Shown here in pieces: positions 54,370-64,000 of a DNA stretch of 64,000 nt. Every line of letters begins with the position of its first letter. Positions within the stretch are counted from its first letter, which is position 1. The stretch lies in the NCBI GenBank assembly GCA_963705705.1, contig CAVPKK010000004.1, positions 64,001 through 128,000 of the forward strand. The letters are read 5' to 3'. A program made the translations under genes and the position numbers. This DNA comes from an uncultured bacterium. Its GTDB lineage: Bacteria; Babelota; Babeliae; Babelales; JABCYS01. The notes beneath the pieces were generated by a model. The model did not search any database. It saw nothing but the letters and a program-made list of their open reading frames with translations, and was not told where the DNA came from.

Positions 54370-55200
54370 ATGATTAAACAATATACGTACAAACCGCTTC
54401 ATTTTTTCGCGAGTGTTTTTTTTCTTACGTGGATTGCTGGATTCATAGCCGCATATGCCAGTTATCAGTCTGGCATGCAAGCGATTCAATTGCTGCTCAT
54501 GCTCTTTAGCATGCTCGTACCAGCCATTGTTGCATTGACTATGATTTACTCATCAGGCAGTGGTGCACTCAAACAAGATTTTATTCAACGGTTGTGCACT
54601 AATAGAATCAATTGGAACTATATTCCGTTCATGCTACTGCTCATGCCAATCGTTCTTTACGTGGCTACCACCATTTCGGTTTTTTTTGGATACTCAGCAG
54701 AACAGTTCAAACTTTCGAGCGATTTTAATGTATTAAAAGGGCAAACCATCGTTGGTTTACTTTTTCTTTTGTTAGCCCCTTTGTTCGAAGAGATTGGCTG
54801 GCGCGGCTATGGTGTAGATAGTTTGAGAAGCAAATTAAATTTGTTTAATACTACCATGCTCTTTGCACTACTGTGGGCATTGTGGCATTTACCGCTTTTT
54901 TTTATTAATGGATACTACCAAAATCAATTATGGCACACCGGTATAGTCTATGTAGTGAATTTCTTTCTCAGCATGTTGCCAGCGGCCATTTTACTTAACT
55001 GGATCTATTACAAAAATAATCGCAGTATTTGGGCAGTCGTTCTATTCCATTTCATGATCAATCTTTTTTCAGTACTTTTTAGAACAGAACAGATAACCAA
55101 ATGCATCATTACTCTCCTCTTATTGGTTGTTTCTGGTGCTATTCTTTTTATAGATCAGAATACATTCTTCGCTGACTCTGCTAGGAAACAGATTCAGTAA
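54370..55200 (+). CDS. CPBP (CAAX/Abi) intramembrane metalloprotease
   Basis: EEIGWRGY, WALWHLP, HFMIN. Confidence 0.92.
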   Translation: MIKQYTYKPLHFFASVFFLTWIAGFIAAYASYQSGMQAIQLLLMLFSMLVPAIVALTMIYSSGSGALKQDFIQRLCTNRINWNYIPFMLLLMPIVLYVATTISVFFGYSAEQFKLSSDFNVLKGQTIVGLLFLLLAPLFEEIGWRGYGVDSLRSKLNLFNTTMLFALLWALWHLPLFFINGYYQNQLWHTGIVYVVNFFLSMLPAAILLNWIYYKNNRSIWAVVLFHFMINLFSVLFRTEQITKCIITLLLLVVSGAILFIDQNTFFADSARKQIQ

Positions 55201-56131
55201 TGATGCCGTAGTTCACTGCTTGCTTCTTAGCAAATTGCTCTGTAACTACGCGCTCAATCATGATGCGTTTTGATTCAATCAATGAAACTTGTTCTTCATG
55301 CAATAGCAAACAACAGGTTGGTTTGCGCAGCTCCATGTACACATCTTCAAAAAACTCATGCGGCAATTGCGTGCCGACTAAGTTTACAAAATAGCACAGG
55401 CGATGTGCCAATGACCAATATAAATCATTTAGATCATCGTGATCAATAATGATTTGAGATTCCTGCAAATCGCTCAGGGCGTTGCTAATATCACGCACGT
55501 TTGCCCATAGTTGCGGATCATTTGGATCCCAATAGATTTTGCTGAGGCTTGTTTCCAAGAAACGAATGATTGTTCCGCGTAATGCATCAGCAGACACAGC
55601 GCTTTCTTCAGGCGCCACTGCATCTAATAATTGCTCGGCGAGCGTATCAAAAAAGCCACTTGGATCTGCCTTAAATGAATCAAAGTTGTTCAAAAATTCT
55701 TGATACAATACTTTTTTCATATCCTGTTTGCGTTGTGCGCGTGTCGTAGATTCAGCAAAGTAGTGATCAACTAAATGGCGTAGTGAGCCAAGAAAGGTTG
55801 AAAACTCATAGGCGCTCATATATTCGCAGCCTTTTACCTTTTGACTGAACAATGACAATGTAGCGCGCGCATATTCGCGACCAAATTCCATTTGTTTGCC
55901 ATGAGTCAAAAACTCGCTTAAGTTTGCCAATGATTCCGGAAGGATTTCTGCCGTATATCGTGGCGAATTATATATCGTGGTAAAAAAGCGATTAATTCCC
56001 TCGCGAGTCATCTCGACTGGCTGAAAAAGTGAATCATAATTGGATGGATAGGTTGGAACTGTATTGGCACTCAAAGCACTTGTGCCATAAACTAGTAGTG
56101 TCCATACTATACGTGATCGGAAAGTAAGCAT
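55181..56131 (-). CDS. Exported hypothetical helical protein
   Basis: AGGAG SD, signal peptide, 316-aa ORF. Confidence 0.75.
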   Translation of the reverse strand: MLTFRSRIVWTLLVYGTSALSANTVPTYPSNYDSLFQPVEMTREGINRFFTTIYNSPRYTAEILPESLANLSEFLTHGKQMEFGREYARATLSLFSQKVKGCEYMSAYEFSTFLGSLRHLVDHYFAESTTRAQRKQDMKKVLYQEFLNNFDSFKADPSGFFDTLAEQLLDAVAPEESAVSADALRGTIIRFLETSLSKIYWDPNDPQLWANVRDISNALSDLQESQIIIDHDDLNDLYWSLAHRLCYFVNLVGTQLPHEFFEDVYMELRKPTCCLLLHEEQVSLIESKRIMIERVVTEQFAKKQAVNYGIITESVS

Positions 56132-56249
56132 AGTGTCTCTCCTGGAAATACATGCTAAATTGATAGTACGATCATAGACGGGAGATTAGATTAAAACAAG
56201 TGTCTCCTCTTTGAACTATTTTGTACTACGTAAAGAAATGTGAGAAACA

Positions 56250-57470
56250 ATGGCATTGTACGCCTATCAGGCATACACCAAAGATGGTAAAAAAGTTTCC
56301 GGCACGGTAGATGCAAATTCATCAACCGCAGTCCGCGAGCAGCTGACCCGTTCAGGATTATACCCCATCTCAGTCACCACGGCTGTAACTGAAGAATTAA
56401 CCTTATGGCAGCGCATAAAAAATATTTTCTCGGGCCGAGTAAGCGTCAAAGACAAAATCTTGATGACCAAACAGCTCGCCGTCTTACTTCGCTCCGGTGT
56501 GCCACTACTCGAAGCATTTGAATTACTCATTGATCAATTTGAAGGCAGACTGCGCGTAATTTTGATTTCAATCAAAGATCGATTGCGCGAAGGTTCATCA
56601 CTTGCCGAAGCGCTCGCACAATTTCCGGACGTATTTGATAATGTCTACATACAATTGGTCCGCGCAGGTGAAGCTTCAGGGCGGTTGGAAATTATTTTAG
56701 AACGATTGACCGGCTACCTTGAACGTCGAGAAGAAATTACCAGCCGCGTAAAATCTGCCCTCACCTATCCCATGATTCAGCTTGGCTTGGTGTTGCTAGT
56801 ACTTATAGGTCTCATGACATTTGTGGTACCAACTATTGCCGAACAGTTCCGCCGTGGCAAGAAAAAGCTGCCCGGCACGACTGAATTCCTGATGAACCTA
56901 TCTGATTTTATTCGTGGTTATTATTTACTGATTATTGCAGCTATTTTGGCCGCCGTGGTACTGTACCGCTGGTGGCGATCGACACCATCAGGCGCACGAA
57001 CACTTGATAAAATTAAATTAAAGATTCCGATCGTACGATTTTTTGCACGCATGGGCGCCGTCACGCAGTTCTGTCGAACACTTGGCATGCTGATCGAAAG
57101 CAATGTAAATTTGGCAGACGCGCTTGATATTGTGTGTAATATTATTGATAACAGAATTTTGGCTGAATCATTAATGCAGGCTCGTGAAAATATTATCAAA
57201 CAGGGTCGCATAGCCCAGTATTTAAAAGAAACTAATGTTTTCCCACCGGTCGCAATCTATCTTATTAAAACAGGGGAGGAATCGGGTAAACTAGATACCA
57301 TGCTACTAACGGTTGCCCAAAATTATGAGACCGAGTTAAATGATTACGCAAATGGACTGTCGACCGCCGTCACCCCTATCATGACGGTAGTGATGGGTTT
57401 AACAGTAGGATTTATTGTAATAGCAATTGCTCAACCAATGATGCAACAAGCACAACTGGTTGGCGTATAG
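56250..57470 (+). CDS. gspF: Type II secretion / type IV pilus platform protein GspF/PilC
   Basis: QLAVLLRSGVPL, AGEASG.L, ALTYP, TGEESGKL. Confidence 0.93.
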   Translation: MALYAYQAYTKDGKKVSGTVDANSSTAVREQLTRSGLYPISVTTAVTEELTLWQRIKNIFSGRVSVKDKILMTKQLAVLLRSGVPLLEAFELLIDQFEGRLRVILISIKDRLREGSSLAEALAQFPDVFDNVYIQLVRAGEASGRLEIILERLTGYLERREEITSRVKSALTYPMIQLGLVLLVLIGLMTFVVPTIAEQFRRGKKKLPGTTEFLMNLSDFIRGYYLLIIAAILAAVVLYRWWRSTPSGARTLDKIKLKIPIVRFFARMGAVTQFCRTLGMLIESNVNLADALDIVCNIIDNRILAESLMQARENIIKQGRIAQYLKETNVFPPVAIYLIKTGEESGKLDTMLLTVAQNYETELNDYANGLSTAVTPIMTVVMGLTVGFIVIAIAQPMMQQAQLVGV

Positions 57471-57477
57471 GAGATGT

Positions 57478-57888
57478 ATGCAAATAAAATCACATTCGGG
57501 ATTCAGCTTTTTAGAATTAGTTGTCGTTATAGCCATCATGGCTGTACTTGGCGCAATCGCCATACCAACATATATGGCCTTTGCAGAAAAAGCGCGTAAA
57601 GGTACTGCCGCAGAAAACATTCGCGTATTAAAAAATGCAATCACGCAATTTAATCTCGACGTTGGATCAAATCCGCGCTCACTGAAAGAATTAGTTGAGC
57701 GACCAACTGATGAAGCACGCAAGGCGCGCTGGCATGGTCCATATATTGAAAGTCTTACACCAGATCCATGGGGCAACGACTATGTCTATCGCCTAACCCC
57801 TGGTCAAAAAAATCCATTTGAACTGTACTCAACTGGCCCCGCTGGTGAAGAAGGTGAAAAAGAGGCTCGCATTGGTATCGTTAATTAA
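57478..57888 (+). CDS. gspG: Major pseudopilin GspG
   Basis: G|FSFLELVVV cleavage site, WHGPY, DPWGNDYVY, LYSTGP.G. Confidence 0.92.
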   Translation: MQIKSHSGFSFLELVVVIAIMAVLGAIAIPTYMAFAEKARKGTAAENIRVLKNAITQFNLDVGSNPRSLKELVERPTDEARKARWHGPYIESLTPDPWGNDYVYRLTPGQKNPFELYSTGPAGEEGEKEARIGIVN

Positions 57889-58444
57889 TAGGCACGCGCG
57901 CGGCTTCAGCTTCCTCGAACTATTAGTAGTATTGGCCATCATGGGAATTCTAGGAACCATGGTGGCCCCTGCTTTATTGAGCATGCGCAGCGGTAATGAT
58001 CGTCGCGTATTTGTTTCATCGCTCCAAGTATTAACCCGCCGGGCATGGCAAGAAGCACTTAATTCAAATTTGCCACATCGCATCCGATTTGATTTTAAAA
58101 AACATATTGTCATAGCCGAACGTGCCACCGACCAAAAAAATCGCGCTGGCGAAGATGTATGGCAAGAGCTTTCAGATGAATATGTGCAAAGCAGCTTTAA
58201 TATTCCATCACGCGAACAAATTAAAGATTTTTGGGTCGACGGAACCGATTTGGTCCATGTGCGCGGCATGGATATATACGAGGTGTTCTTTTACCTGTTC
58301 CCCGACGGCACTTCACAACAAGTAATTATCAATGTATTTGATAGTGGCGAGAATACCGAATCAGCCGCCGGCAGCAGATTTAGCATGGTGCTTAACCCGA
58401 TTACTGTACGTTTTACCGAATACCCAACATTCCAAAAGCCATGA
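57872..58444 (+). CDS. Minor pseudopilin GspH-like
   Basis: G|FSFLELLVVLAI; probable TTG start after AAGAGG. Confidence 0.8.
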   Translation: MVSLINRHARGFSFLELLVVLAIMGILGTMVAPALLSMRSGNDRRVFVSSLQVLTRRAWQEALNSNLPHRIRFDFKKHIVIAERATDQKNRAGEDVWQELSDEYVQSSFNIPSREQIKDFWVDGTDLVHVRGMDIYEVFFYLFPDGTSQQVIINVFDSGENTESAAGSRFSMVLNPITVRFTEYPTFQKP

Positions 58445-58863
58445 TGAAAACATTATCCCAAGGATTTTCATTCCTAGAAGTAATCTTCGCCATCGCCCTA
58501 CTCGGTGCGATCGGCGCCCCAATCCTCATGCTCAATTACAACGTGCTCATCTCAACCGATCGCACAAGCGAACTATCCGAACGAATTATAGTGCTTGAAC
58601 GAACATTGCAAGAACAATTGCTAGAGCAGGCAACCAAGCCTAAGGAAGGAAGGGATGCCGAAACCAAAAAAAATATTAAGATTGATGAGCCACCCACCGA
58701 AATTGTATATGAACGCAACCGAATACCAGAACAATCACAACTAGCAGTGTTTAAAGAAGCGCAGTTGGTAAAAGTTACTGGTTCATGGCAACTAAATACC
58801 GGCGGTTCGCGAACTGAATCATTAGTTACCTTTGCCGTCAAACCAATCGAGACTAAAAAATGA
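58441..58863 (+). CDS. Minor pseudopilin GspI-like
   Basis: G|FSFLEVIFAIAL; gene order. Confidence 0.75.
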   Translation: MMKTLSQGFSFLEVIFAIALLGAIGAPILMLNYNVLISTDRTSELSERIIVLERTLQEQLLEQATKPKEGRDAETKKNIKIDEPPTEIVYERNRIPEQSQLAVFKEAQLVKVTGSWQLNTGGSRTESLVTFAVKPIETKK

Positions 58864-59939
58864 TTTGGAAGGGAAGAAGCGCGCTCATTCTGAGTTTATC
58901 GAAGAATCGAAGCGCGAAAAATGACTTTAATGCACAATCCCCCGGATTATCAGTCCTTGAACTATTGATATCCATAACGCTTGCTGCCTTACTCTCAACA
59001 TTAATCTTTAATATTTTTTACCAACAACACAACACAATACTCGCGGTAGAGGAGCATGAAGATGTTGATGTCTCAACAGCCGTCGTATTAAGACAACTAG
59101 CGCATGATCTTGCTGGCGTATGGCAGCCGATAAGTGTTACTGAAGCTAAAAAAACGGTTGAAAAAGCTGAAGGTGCACAAGAACAAGAAAAAGAAAGCAC
59201 ACCGGTCTCTGGCACCAAAATTCGTGAACTAACATTTAAACCTCTGACAAATGCTTTTGTGGCTACTGAAAAAAACAACCAACTCGATGAACTTACCTTT
59301 ATTACCGAAAATCCATTGCACCGATTTGTAACGCCGCTGCCCTCCGTACCACCAAAACCGCAAATGGTTCGGGTGATGTATCAATTCAAAGATAAAAAAC
59401 TGTTACGCAGCGAAGCAGTAGTTAATACAAAAACAGGAGCGCAAGCCACAAAAACACAACCCATTGTGGTGGCAGAAAATATTACGAGCATGGTATGCAC
59501 ATTCATGTACACAACCTCTTCTGATAAAGAGCATGTCTTAAATGAACAATCAAACTGGGATAGCAATTTATTCTTTGCATCACTATTGACCAAGACACAA
59601 AAAGAGCAGGATAAAACTGCCAAGCAAAATCCTATTCCAAAAATTCCACCACTGCCAAGCATGGTTAAAGTGCGCATTACCCTATTTGATAAATTGCAAC
59701 GCCGGCAGCATTCGTATAGTTATTTAATTCCAGTACCCACAGCAACCTTCGCTCATCAGGCAGGCATCACAATATTGCAACCACCAATGCCAAAGCCTAA
59801 GGAAAACAATGCACCGCTTGCGCAACTCCGCCAACCAGGCGGAATGCCACAGATATTTGTACGAACCCCACAACGCGCTCAGCTCATGAATAATCTGACA
59901 ACTGGACTCTCTAAAGCGTTTGGCCTGGCAAAAAGATAA
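58860..59939 (+). CDS. Minor pseudopilin GspJ-like
   Basis: G|LSVLELLISI after an extended leader; gene order. Confidence 0.75.
   Translation: MIWKGRSALILSLSKNRSAKNDFNAQSPGLSVLELLISITLAALLSTLIFNIFYQQHNTILAVEEHEDVDVSTAVVLRQLAHDLAGVWQPISVTEAKKTVEKAEGAQEQEKESTPVSGTKIRELTFKPLTNAFVATEKNNQLDELTFITENPLHRFVTPLPSVPPKPQMVRVMYQFKDKKLLRSEAVVNTKTGAQATKTQPIVVAENITSMVCTFMYTTSSDKEHVLNEQSNWDSNLFFASLLTKTQKEQDKTAKQNPIPKIPPLPSMVKVRITLFDKLQRRQHSYSYLIPVPTATFAHQAGITILQPPMPKPKENNAPLAQLRQPGGMPQIFVRTPQRAQLMNNLTTGLSKAFGLAKR
58880..58918 (+). repeat. 39-bp repeat module, in frame in the GspJ-like leader
   Basis: 38/39 identical to the reverse complement of 17723-17761. Confidence 0.9.
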
Positions 59940-59991
59940 GTTATTTATGCAACAAAAATCAATTTTTCAAACCTATAGCTTATACCTGACA

Positions 59992-60027
59992 GCGCTCATC
60001 CTGAGTTTATCGAAGGATCATAGCGCG
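59992..60027 (+). repeat. Repeat module copy between gspJ- and gspK-like genes
   Basis: GCGCTCATCCTGAGTTTATCGAAGGATCATAGCGCG. Confidence 0.85.
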
Positions 60028-60059
60028 CAAGGGAAAGAATCGTATAACAATAATTGATC

Positions 60060-61163
60060 ATGAAAATTAAGATAAATACATCCTCATCAAACGAGCAACC
60101 GGGTTACGTCTTCGTGCTCTTCCTCATGCTCATGACCTTATCCATCGCGCTGAGCACACAAATATATAATGAAAATATAGCCCATGTATTGGTGGCGCGA
60201 ACTATGGTTGATCGTCAAAGGGCAACAACTCTCGCCAATGGCGGTGTTCAACTTGCCATGAGCTCATTATTAACGACCGATACAGGCGAAACGAAGCAAA
60301 ATCCTAGTGCTCAAGCAAAAGCCAAACAGGGGCCTTCTGTTCAAGTTGCGAGCGGCAAGAAACTACTTGAAAAAATATTACCGGTGCTCAATCGATGGCA
60401 GACATTTAAACTTTCGCCACAAGTCGATGGTATTGATGCAACATTAAACATTTGCATCATGTGCGAAGATGGCAAATTTAATCCCAATTGGTTCTTTATC
60501 ATGCAGGAGCTGAAGCGAACCACTGGCCAAGAATCTGGTTATGCACAAATTAAAAAAGAGTTTGAGCAACGGCTACGAGACGCAGTTGGCTTTGATGTGA
60601 CCGCAGTGCTCGATAAATTTTTTACAGAAAGAAAAGCACCACTCATTGATATCACCGAACTCTTAGAACTAAAAGAATTTGCTGTGTTTAAAAACAAATT
60701 GTTTTATGAGCCGCCTACAAGCGAGCAAAAAGGAAAAGGAACTGTCTATCTACTTGATCTCTTTACTACCGAAGACTGGCTTGGACCAAACTTGAAAATG
60801 CGCGAACAAGTAAACCCATGGCTCTTCTCAGATGCCTGGTGCATTATTTTTGGACTACAACGCCCAAAGGCAGGCGATATTAAGGAACGCAAGGATCAGG
60901 TTACGGGTTGGCTCAAAGATTTTAAAGATAAGACTAATTGGCCACAAGACTGGGATAAATTACTTAAGCCAATATACCATAAAGATTTTGCTTCCTTGCC
61001 AAAGAATATAGACATGCTGTTTTCTACAAACGTGGCACCAACACTTTTTTCGGTTCTCAGTTATGCCACTGTTGGTTCTATAACCCAGCGTCTATATGCG
61101 GTATTTCAATTAACTGGCAAGCCTGAAGAGCCATTTGTAATCAAAAAAATGTATTGGTTATAG
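60060..61163 (+). CDS. Minor pseudopilin GspK-like
   Basis: G|YVFVLFL lacking Glu5, A..LA.GG...A, I.CEDGKFNPN, ITELL. Confidence 0.75.
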   Translation: MKIKINTSSSNEQPGYVFVLFLMLMTLSIALSTQIYNENIAHVLVARTMVDRQRATTLANGGVQLAMSSLLTTDTGETKQNPSAQAKAKQGPSVQVASGKKLLEKILPVLNRWQTFKLSPQVDGIDATLNICIMCEDGKFNPNWFFIMQELKRTTGQESGYAQIKKEFEQRLRDAVGFDVTAVLDKFFTERKAPLIDITELLELKEFAVFKNKLFYEPPTSEQKGKGTVYLLDLFTTEDWLGPNLKMREQVNPWLFSDAWCIIFGLQRPKAGDIKERKDQVTGWLKDFKDKTNWPQDWDKLLKPIYHKDFASLPKNIDMLFSTNVAPTLFSVLSYATVGSITQRLYAVFQLTGKPEEPFVIKKMYWL

Positions 61164-61290
61164 CCACTAAGTTTGAAAAAGTTGCAGATTCTGGAAGACT
61201 CTTGCTATCTTAATCTGATAAATTAAATATCTATTTGTACCTATCAGGTATAATTAAGGATGAGTTAGATTCCTAATAAAAGGACGTACG

Positions 61291-62922
61291 TTGCAGATAA
61301 GAGCTGAAACTACCGTCGGTATTTTCGTAGCCGCGGCACTCGCCGTATTTTTCTACATGACGTTCCAAGTCGGCGTATTCCGACTTGATTGGCGTGACTA
61401 TGTTCCATATGTCATTTATTTCAAAGATGTTTCCGGATTACAAAAAAAAGCAGAAGTTAAGATTGCTGGTGTCAAAGTCGGTTGGGTTGAAAATGTCGAA
61501 TTGGTGCCTAATGAAGAGCGCGCCAAAGCAGATATCATGGTGCATAAAAAATATGAGTTACACAGCGATGCCTATGCCGTTGTTCGACAAGAAGGTCTGT
61601 TGGGAAGCAAATATTTAGAAGTTGTTCCTGGTGATCCAATGCTTCCAGGCCTTCAATCAGGCGATAGTCTTTCGCGACCTGGCAAACCTCCGGTAAATAT
61701 CGATGAGCTATTCCAAAAGTTCAATGTAATCGCTAGCAACGTTGAAGATATTACGAGTTCGCTAAAGGACGTTATTGGTTCTGAAGAACGTGATCAACTG
61801 CGCATGATGATGAACAACTTCGAAATGGCAGCTTCACGATTAGCAGACGCTTCCGAATCCATTGATCGCCTGGTCACCAAAAATGAAGATAATCTATCTG
61901 GCATTGTAAGTAACTTTAAAGAGTTCACCTCCGAATTACGTACCGGCTGGCCAAATATCCAGAATCGCGTTGAAGATGCTACAGCGTCAGTAAACCAGTT
62001 CGCTACCAAAATGGTTACCACAGCAGAAGCTATTGAAGATGCCGCCACCCAAGCTCGCGATTCAATTCGCAGCTTTGGCGATGTAGCTGATAAAATAAAT
62101 GAAGGCCGGGGATTGATCGGTAAATTGGTAACAGAAGACGAGACATATAACGATATCCGAACTGCCGTCTCTGGGCTCAAAAACTATTTTGCAAAAGTTG
62201 AACGGCTAGGCGTAGTATTTGATGCTTATTCAGAAATGATGTGGGGCCCAGCAGAAAGTTTCCGCGACCACCTTGACCGCCACATAAAGAAGCGTGATGC
62301 CAAAGGATATTTCGGCTTCCGTATTCACCCGACCGAAGACCACTTCTATATATTACAGGCAGTTGCTACACGTAAAGGGCATGTTGACCGTGTCATGCAA
62401 TTAACACGATTCTCAACGGAAGTCGGTTCTTATCCAGATATGGATGCCTGTATTGGCGTACCACCAACTATTGATCTACAAAATACGACAACAAAAGTAC
62501 AATTATATGACCCAGCCGCTCGTGAAGTGACAACCATCCGCCGTGGAGGATTGTTGAAATTTAACTTACAGATGGCGAAAATCTTCAAAGATGTTGCATT
62601 CCGTTTCGGCTTATTTGAAAACAGTGCTGGTATGGGCTTCGATTACGATATTCCTTTCCGCTCTGATCGATTCCGTTGGATCACCAGCTTTGAAATGTTT
62701 GACTTCTTTGGCGATGATCGTATCAACGACCAACGTCCTCACCTGAAATGGTTGAACCGTGTCTTCGTCTATAATAACTTCTATATGGCCTTTGGTGCTG
62801 ATGACTTTATCAGTAGGCACAATGCTAATGCCTTTGCTGGATTTGGCTTACGCTTTGCCGATGATGATATAAAATATCTAGCTTCTAAATTCAGCTCGGT
62901 TACCACAAGCGTTCAAGCTTAG
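61291..62922 (+). CDS. MlaD/MCE family protein with long coiled coil and C-terminal beta-rich domain
   Basis: VGIFV TM, F.DVSGL...A.V.IAGVKVG.V, GLLGSKYLE..PG. Confidence 0.9.
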   Translation: MQIRAETTVGIFVAAALAVFFYMTFQVGVFRLDWRDYVPYVIYFKDVSGLQKKAEVKIAGVKVGWVENVELVPNEERAKADIMVHKKYELHSDAYAVVRQEGLLGSKYLEVVPGDPMLPGLQSGDSLSRPGKPPVNIDELFQKFNVIASNVEDITSSLKDVIGSEERDQLRMMMNNFEMAASRLADASESIDRLVTKNEDNLSGIVSNFKEFTSELRTGWPNIQNRVEDATASVNQFATKMVTTAEAIEDAATQARDSIRSFGDVADKINEGRGLIGKLVTEDETYNDIRTAVSGLKNYFAKVERLGVVFDAYSEMMWGPAESFRDHLDRHIKKRDAKGYFGFRIHPTEDHFYILQAVATRKGHVDRVMQLTRFSTEVGSYPDMDACIGVPPTIDLQNTTTKVQLYDPAAREVTTIRRGGLLKFNLQMAKIFKDVAFRFGLFENSAGMGFDYDIPFRSDRFRWITSFEMFDFFGDDRINDQRPHLKWLNRVFVYNNFYMAFGADDFISRHNANAFAGFGLRFADDDIKYLASKFSSVTTSVQA

Positions 62923-63843
62923 ATCATTGGCATACCATTTGCTGAGCTGAGTAACTAATATCTCATCGCGTTCAATAGCTTTTTTGGTCGCCACGATATG
63001 TTCTTCATTCATGCCGCATAACCAAGAAAGATATAGCCGTTGTGCCCAGGTGGTCTTGGTGAGCGAACTCTTCAACTGTTGTAATTCCTGATCAATCGCT
63101 TCTATAATTCCTGGAATAGAACTCTCTTTGGATATTGATCTCTTCATAGCAAATGCTGCATCATAGGCCATCATTTCGCCAACCTGCTCAGGCGCCAAAG
63201 CGCCAAGCTCAACCGTAGATAGTTCCCCCCGTTTCCAGTTATGCCAGGCATGGGGGCTATTGAGCAGCTCATCATTGTTTGTTTTGAGCGCATAGTAAAC
63301 GACGCCAAGGCCAACAGTTGCTAGTCCGGCAATACCAACTGCTTTTTTACCAAACATGCTCTGACCGCCAAGCTGCCCATCCCAACTTCTATCGCGCCGC
63401 CATGGCTGCCTAGGCGTCCTTGAGTTTTGAGTTGGGTTGGCGTTATTGCTTGAAGAACTATCAGTACGCGAATTAAGGTCACTGCCATTTTGTTCCCCAT
63501 CCAGTGTTTCTGTGCCGAAGTTTGTAGATGAGTGATCGCCAAAATTAAGGGGCATAATGGGTTTCACATTAATATTAATGGTCGGGCTGGTTTGGTTGTG
63601 ATAGTTGGGTTGAAAGGAGGCGGACGTAGTATTTTGCGGATTGGCATGTGCCTCGGGTGCGTTTGTTGAATCATACTTGGGTTGTTCTACGGCGCTATTG
63701 CTACCACGATTCATTGAGGCCGCCACACCCAAGCCTCCTACTGCGGCGCCAACGCCGGCCGCACCAATGATTGGAAGTACTCCAGCCGCAAAGGTATATA
63801 TTGGGAAAAGTAGTAATGAATATAGGATACATCGTGTGCACAT
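62878..63843 (-). CDS. Hypothetical exported/membrane protein
   Basis: AAGGAG SD, signal peptide, Gly/Ala hydrophobic segments, Ser/Asn-rich linker; overlaps the mlaD 3' end. Confidence 0.65.
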   Translation of the reverse strand: MCTRCILYSLLLFPIYTFAAGVLPIIGAAGVGAAVGGLGVAASMNRGSNSAVEQPKYDSTNAPEAHANPQNTTSASFQPNYHNQTSPTININVKPIMPLNFGDHSSTNFGTETLDGEQNGSDLNSRTDSSSSNNANPTQNSRTPRQPWRRDRSWDGQLGGQSMFGKKAVGIAGLATVGLGVVYYALKTNNDELLNSPHAWHNWKRGELSTVELGALAPEQVGEMMAYDAAFAMKRSISKESSIPGIIEAIDQELQQLKSSLTKTTWAQRLYLSWLCGMNEEHIVATKKAIERDEILVTQLSKWYANDLSLNACGNRAEFRS

Positions 63844-64000
63844 GGGATCTCCTTTTTTAGACATGGACATTGAGCATAATAGTAAGAAGCAAAAGAATGG
63901 CGGAAGGGTTGGTGCAAAAATGACTACGTTTGCTACTCTGTTCCTACATTTTCGAGCACAAGGGACACTATGTACGTACTTTATATAAGTTTATTAGCCA

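Overview
Chromosomal window from a diderm bacterium. The 16S sequence style, tandem secreted beta-helix proteins, Cys-rich outer-membrane proteins, a eukaryote-type mitochondrial carrier and many signal-peptide-bearing orphans suggest a protist-associated Dependentiae (TM6/Babeliae)-like organism; this is inference and needs 16S classification. Bases 1-43 kb are accessory-like: flotillin, GNATs, NUDIX, hydrolases, MerR/TipA, MFS, two ABC-2 exporters, a VanX-like dipeptidase and exported orphans. Bases 43.7-49.0 kb hold a complete minus-strand rRNA operon (16S, tRNA-Ile, tRNA-Ala, 23S, 5S), followed by gmk, tRNA-fMet, a partial type II secretion cluster (gspF-G-H-I-J-K-like) and a long MlaD/MCE protein. 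The most notable observations are: (1) two duplicated beta-helix genes whose ~310-nt leaders contain a (CA)12/13 microsatellite that sets the frame of an upstream ORF, a candidate phase-variation switch; (2) an SLC25 mitochondrial-carrier homologue with a signal peptide; (3) a palindromic repeat family inserted in frame into protein leaders; (4) stranded, synonymously diverged gene 3' ends that mark integrase-free cargo acquisition; (5) a porin-like protein with a 21-Cys insert. No CRISPR array, integrase or transposase was seen.
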